From NCBI GenBank assembly GCA_963675245.1, contig OY775910.1, positions 512,001 to 576,000 of the forward strand: 64,000 nucleotides of DNA. Reading direction: 5' to 3'. The DNA is from Acholeplasmataceae bacterium. Its GTDB lineage: Bacteria > Bacillota_I > Bacilli_A > Acholeplasmatales > Acholeplasmataceae. A model generated the notes under the pieces. The model was not told the origin of the DNA and did not search any database. It saw nothing but the letters and a program-made list of their open reading frames with translations. The first letter of the stretch is position 1. Each line of letters opens with the position of its first letter. Of this stretch, positions 63,467 to 64,000 are shown piece after piece. Position numbers and translations under genes: made by a program.

Positions 63467-64000
63467 TTATTGTTTTTTTATGAACTTGATTGCTTCTTCT
63501 GGTAATTTAAAATCCAATATATCTAAATTTTGAGCTTGATGCTTTTTATCATAAGACATCGGAATCACTTGACAACCATTATCTAAGTGATACCTCAGTA
63601 AAACTTGAGCCCAGCTTTTATTAAACGGTTTACCTATGTCGGTAAGCTTCTGTCTAAACATATCATCCACACTTCGTAGTGGACTATATATTTGTGGTAA
63701 TATATCATTTTGTTTACAAAATTCAATTATCTCTTTATTCCAATTTGATGGGTTTGATTTAACTTGATTGACGACAGGTTTAACTTTGGCATTCGCCAAT
63801 AAATAAGTGAGTTCTAGTATCATAAAATTGGATACTCCAATTGACTTTAATTGACCTTTTTGGTGATATTCTTCCATAACACGCCACACACGCAAATTAT
63901 CCTCGTTGGTTTCAAATGGACGATGTATTAAATATAGATCAATGTAATCAGTATTCAAATTTTTAAAACTACTCTCAATACTTTCTCTGATTAAATCTTC
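63467..64000 (-). CDS. Aldo/keto reductase (5' end outside window)
   Basis: DYIDLYLIHRP, SIGVSNF, PVVNQ; frame open to the window edge. Confidence 0.9.
   Translation of the reverse strand, partial: EDLIRESIESSFKNLNTDYIDLYLIHRPFETNEDNLRVWRVMEEYHQKGQLKSIGVSNFMILELTYLLANAKVKPVVNQVKSNPSNWNKEIIEFCKQNDILPQIYSPLRSVDDMFRQKLTDIGKPFNKSWAQVLLRYHLDNGCQVIPMSYDKKHQAQNLDILDFKLPEEAIKFIKKQ

Noticed and set aside
1..64000. tRNA, rRNA, IS elements, T-box leaders at gltX/cysS, CIRCE at htpG
   Set aside because: None recognised by eye; the intergenic spaces before gltX, cysS and htpG are too short or lack the motifs. Not excluded without a covariance-model search.

Overview
Low-GC chromosomal window from a wall-less, Bacillota-derived bacterium, most likely Acholeplasmatales/Izemoplasmatales (inferred from DUF2779, many lipoproteins, long SecE and N-extended RpoC). 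It uses genetic code 11: TGA is a stop in rlmB, DUF2779 and nqrC. The backbone, almost all on the minus strand, is the conserved rplM-rpsI / gltX / cysS-mrnC-rlmB-sigH-rpmG-secE-nusG / rplK-rplA-rplJ-rplL-ybxB-rpoB-rpoC region, interrupted by accessory genes. Main points of interest: (1) a 5.6 kb island (32585-38263) bounded by 106-bp direct repeats, holding a decaying RHS polymorphic-toxin locus with five toxin-tip/immunity modules and three copies of a 31-bp motif at the RHS core/toxin boundary (candidate cassette-exchange site); (2) an RpoC with two acidic alpha-CTD-like repeats at its N-terminus; (3) an nqrBCDEF-like operon lacking nqrA/rnfC, with a degenerate FMN motif in NqrB; (4) a candidate ~70-nt sRNA with a consensus promoter and an anti-SD-like seed; (5) a Bacteroides-type serine palmitoyltransferase-like gene. 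All calls come from reading the sequence and recalling family motifs; no database search was run.
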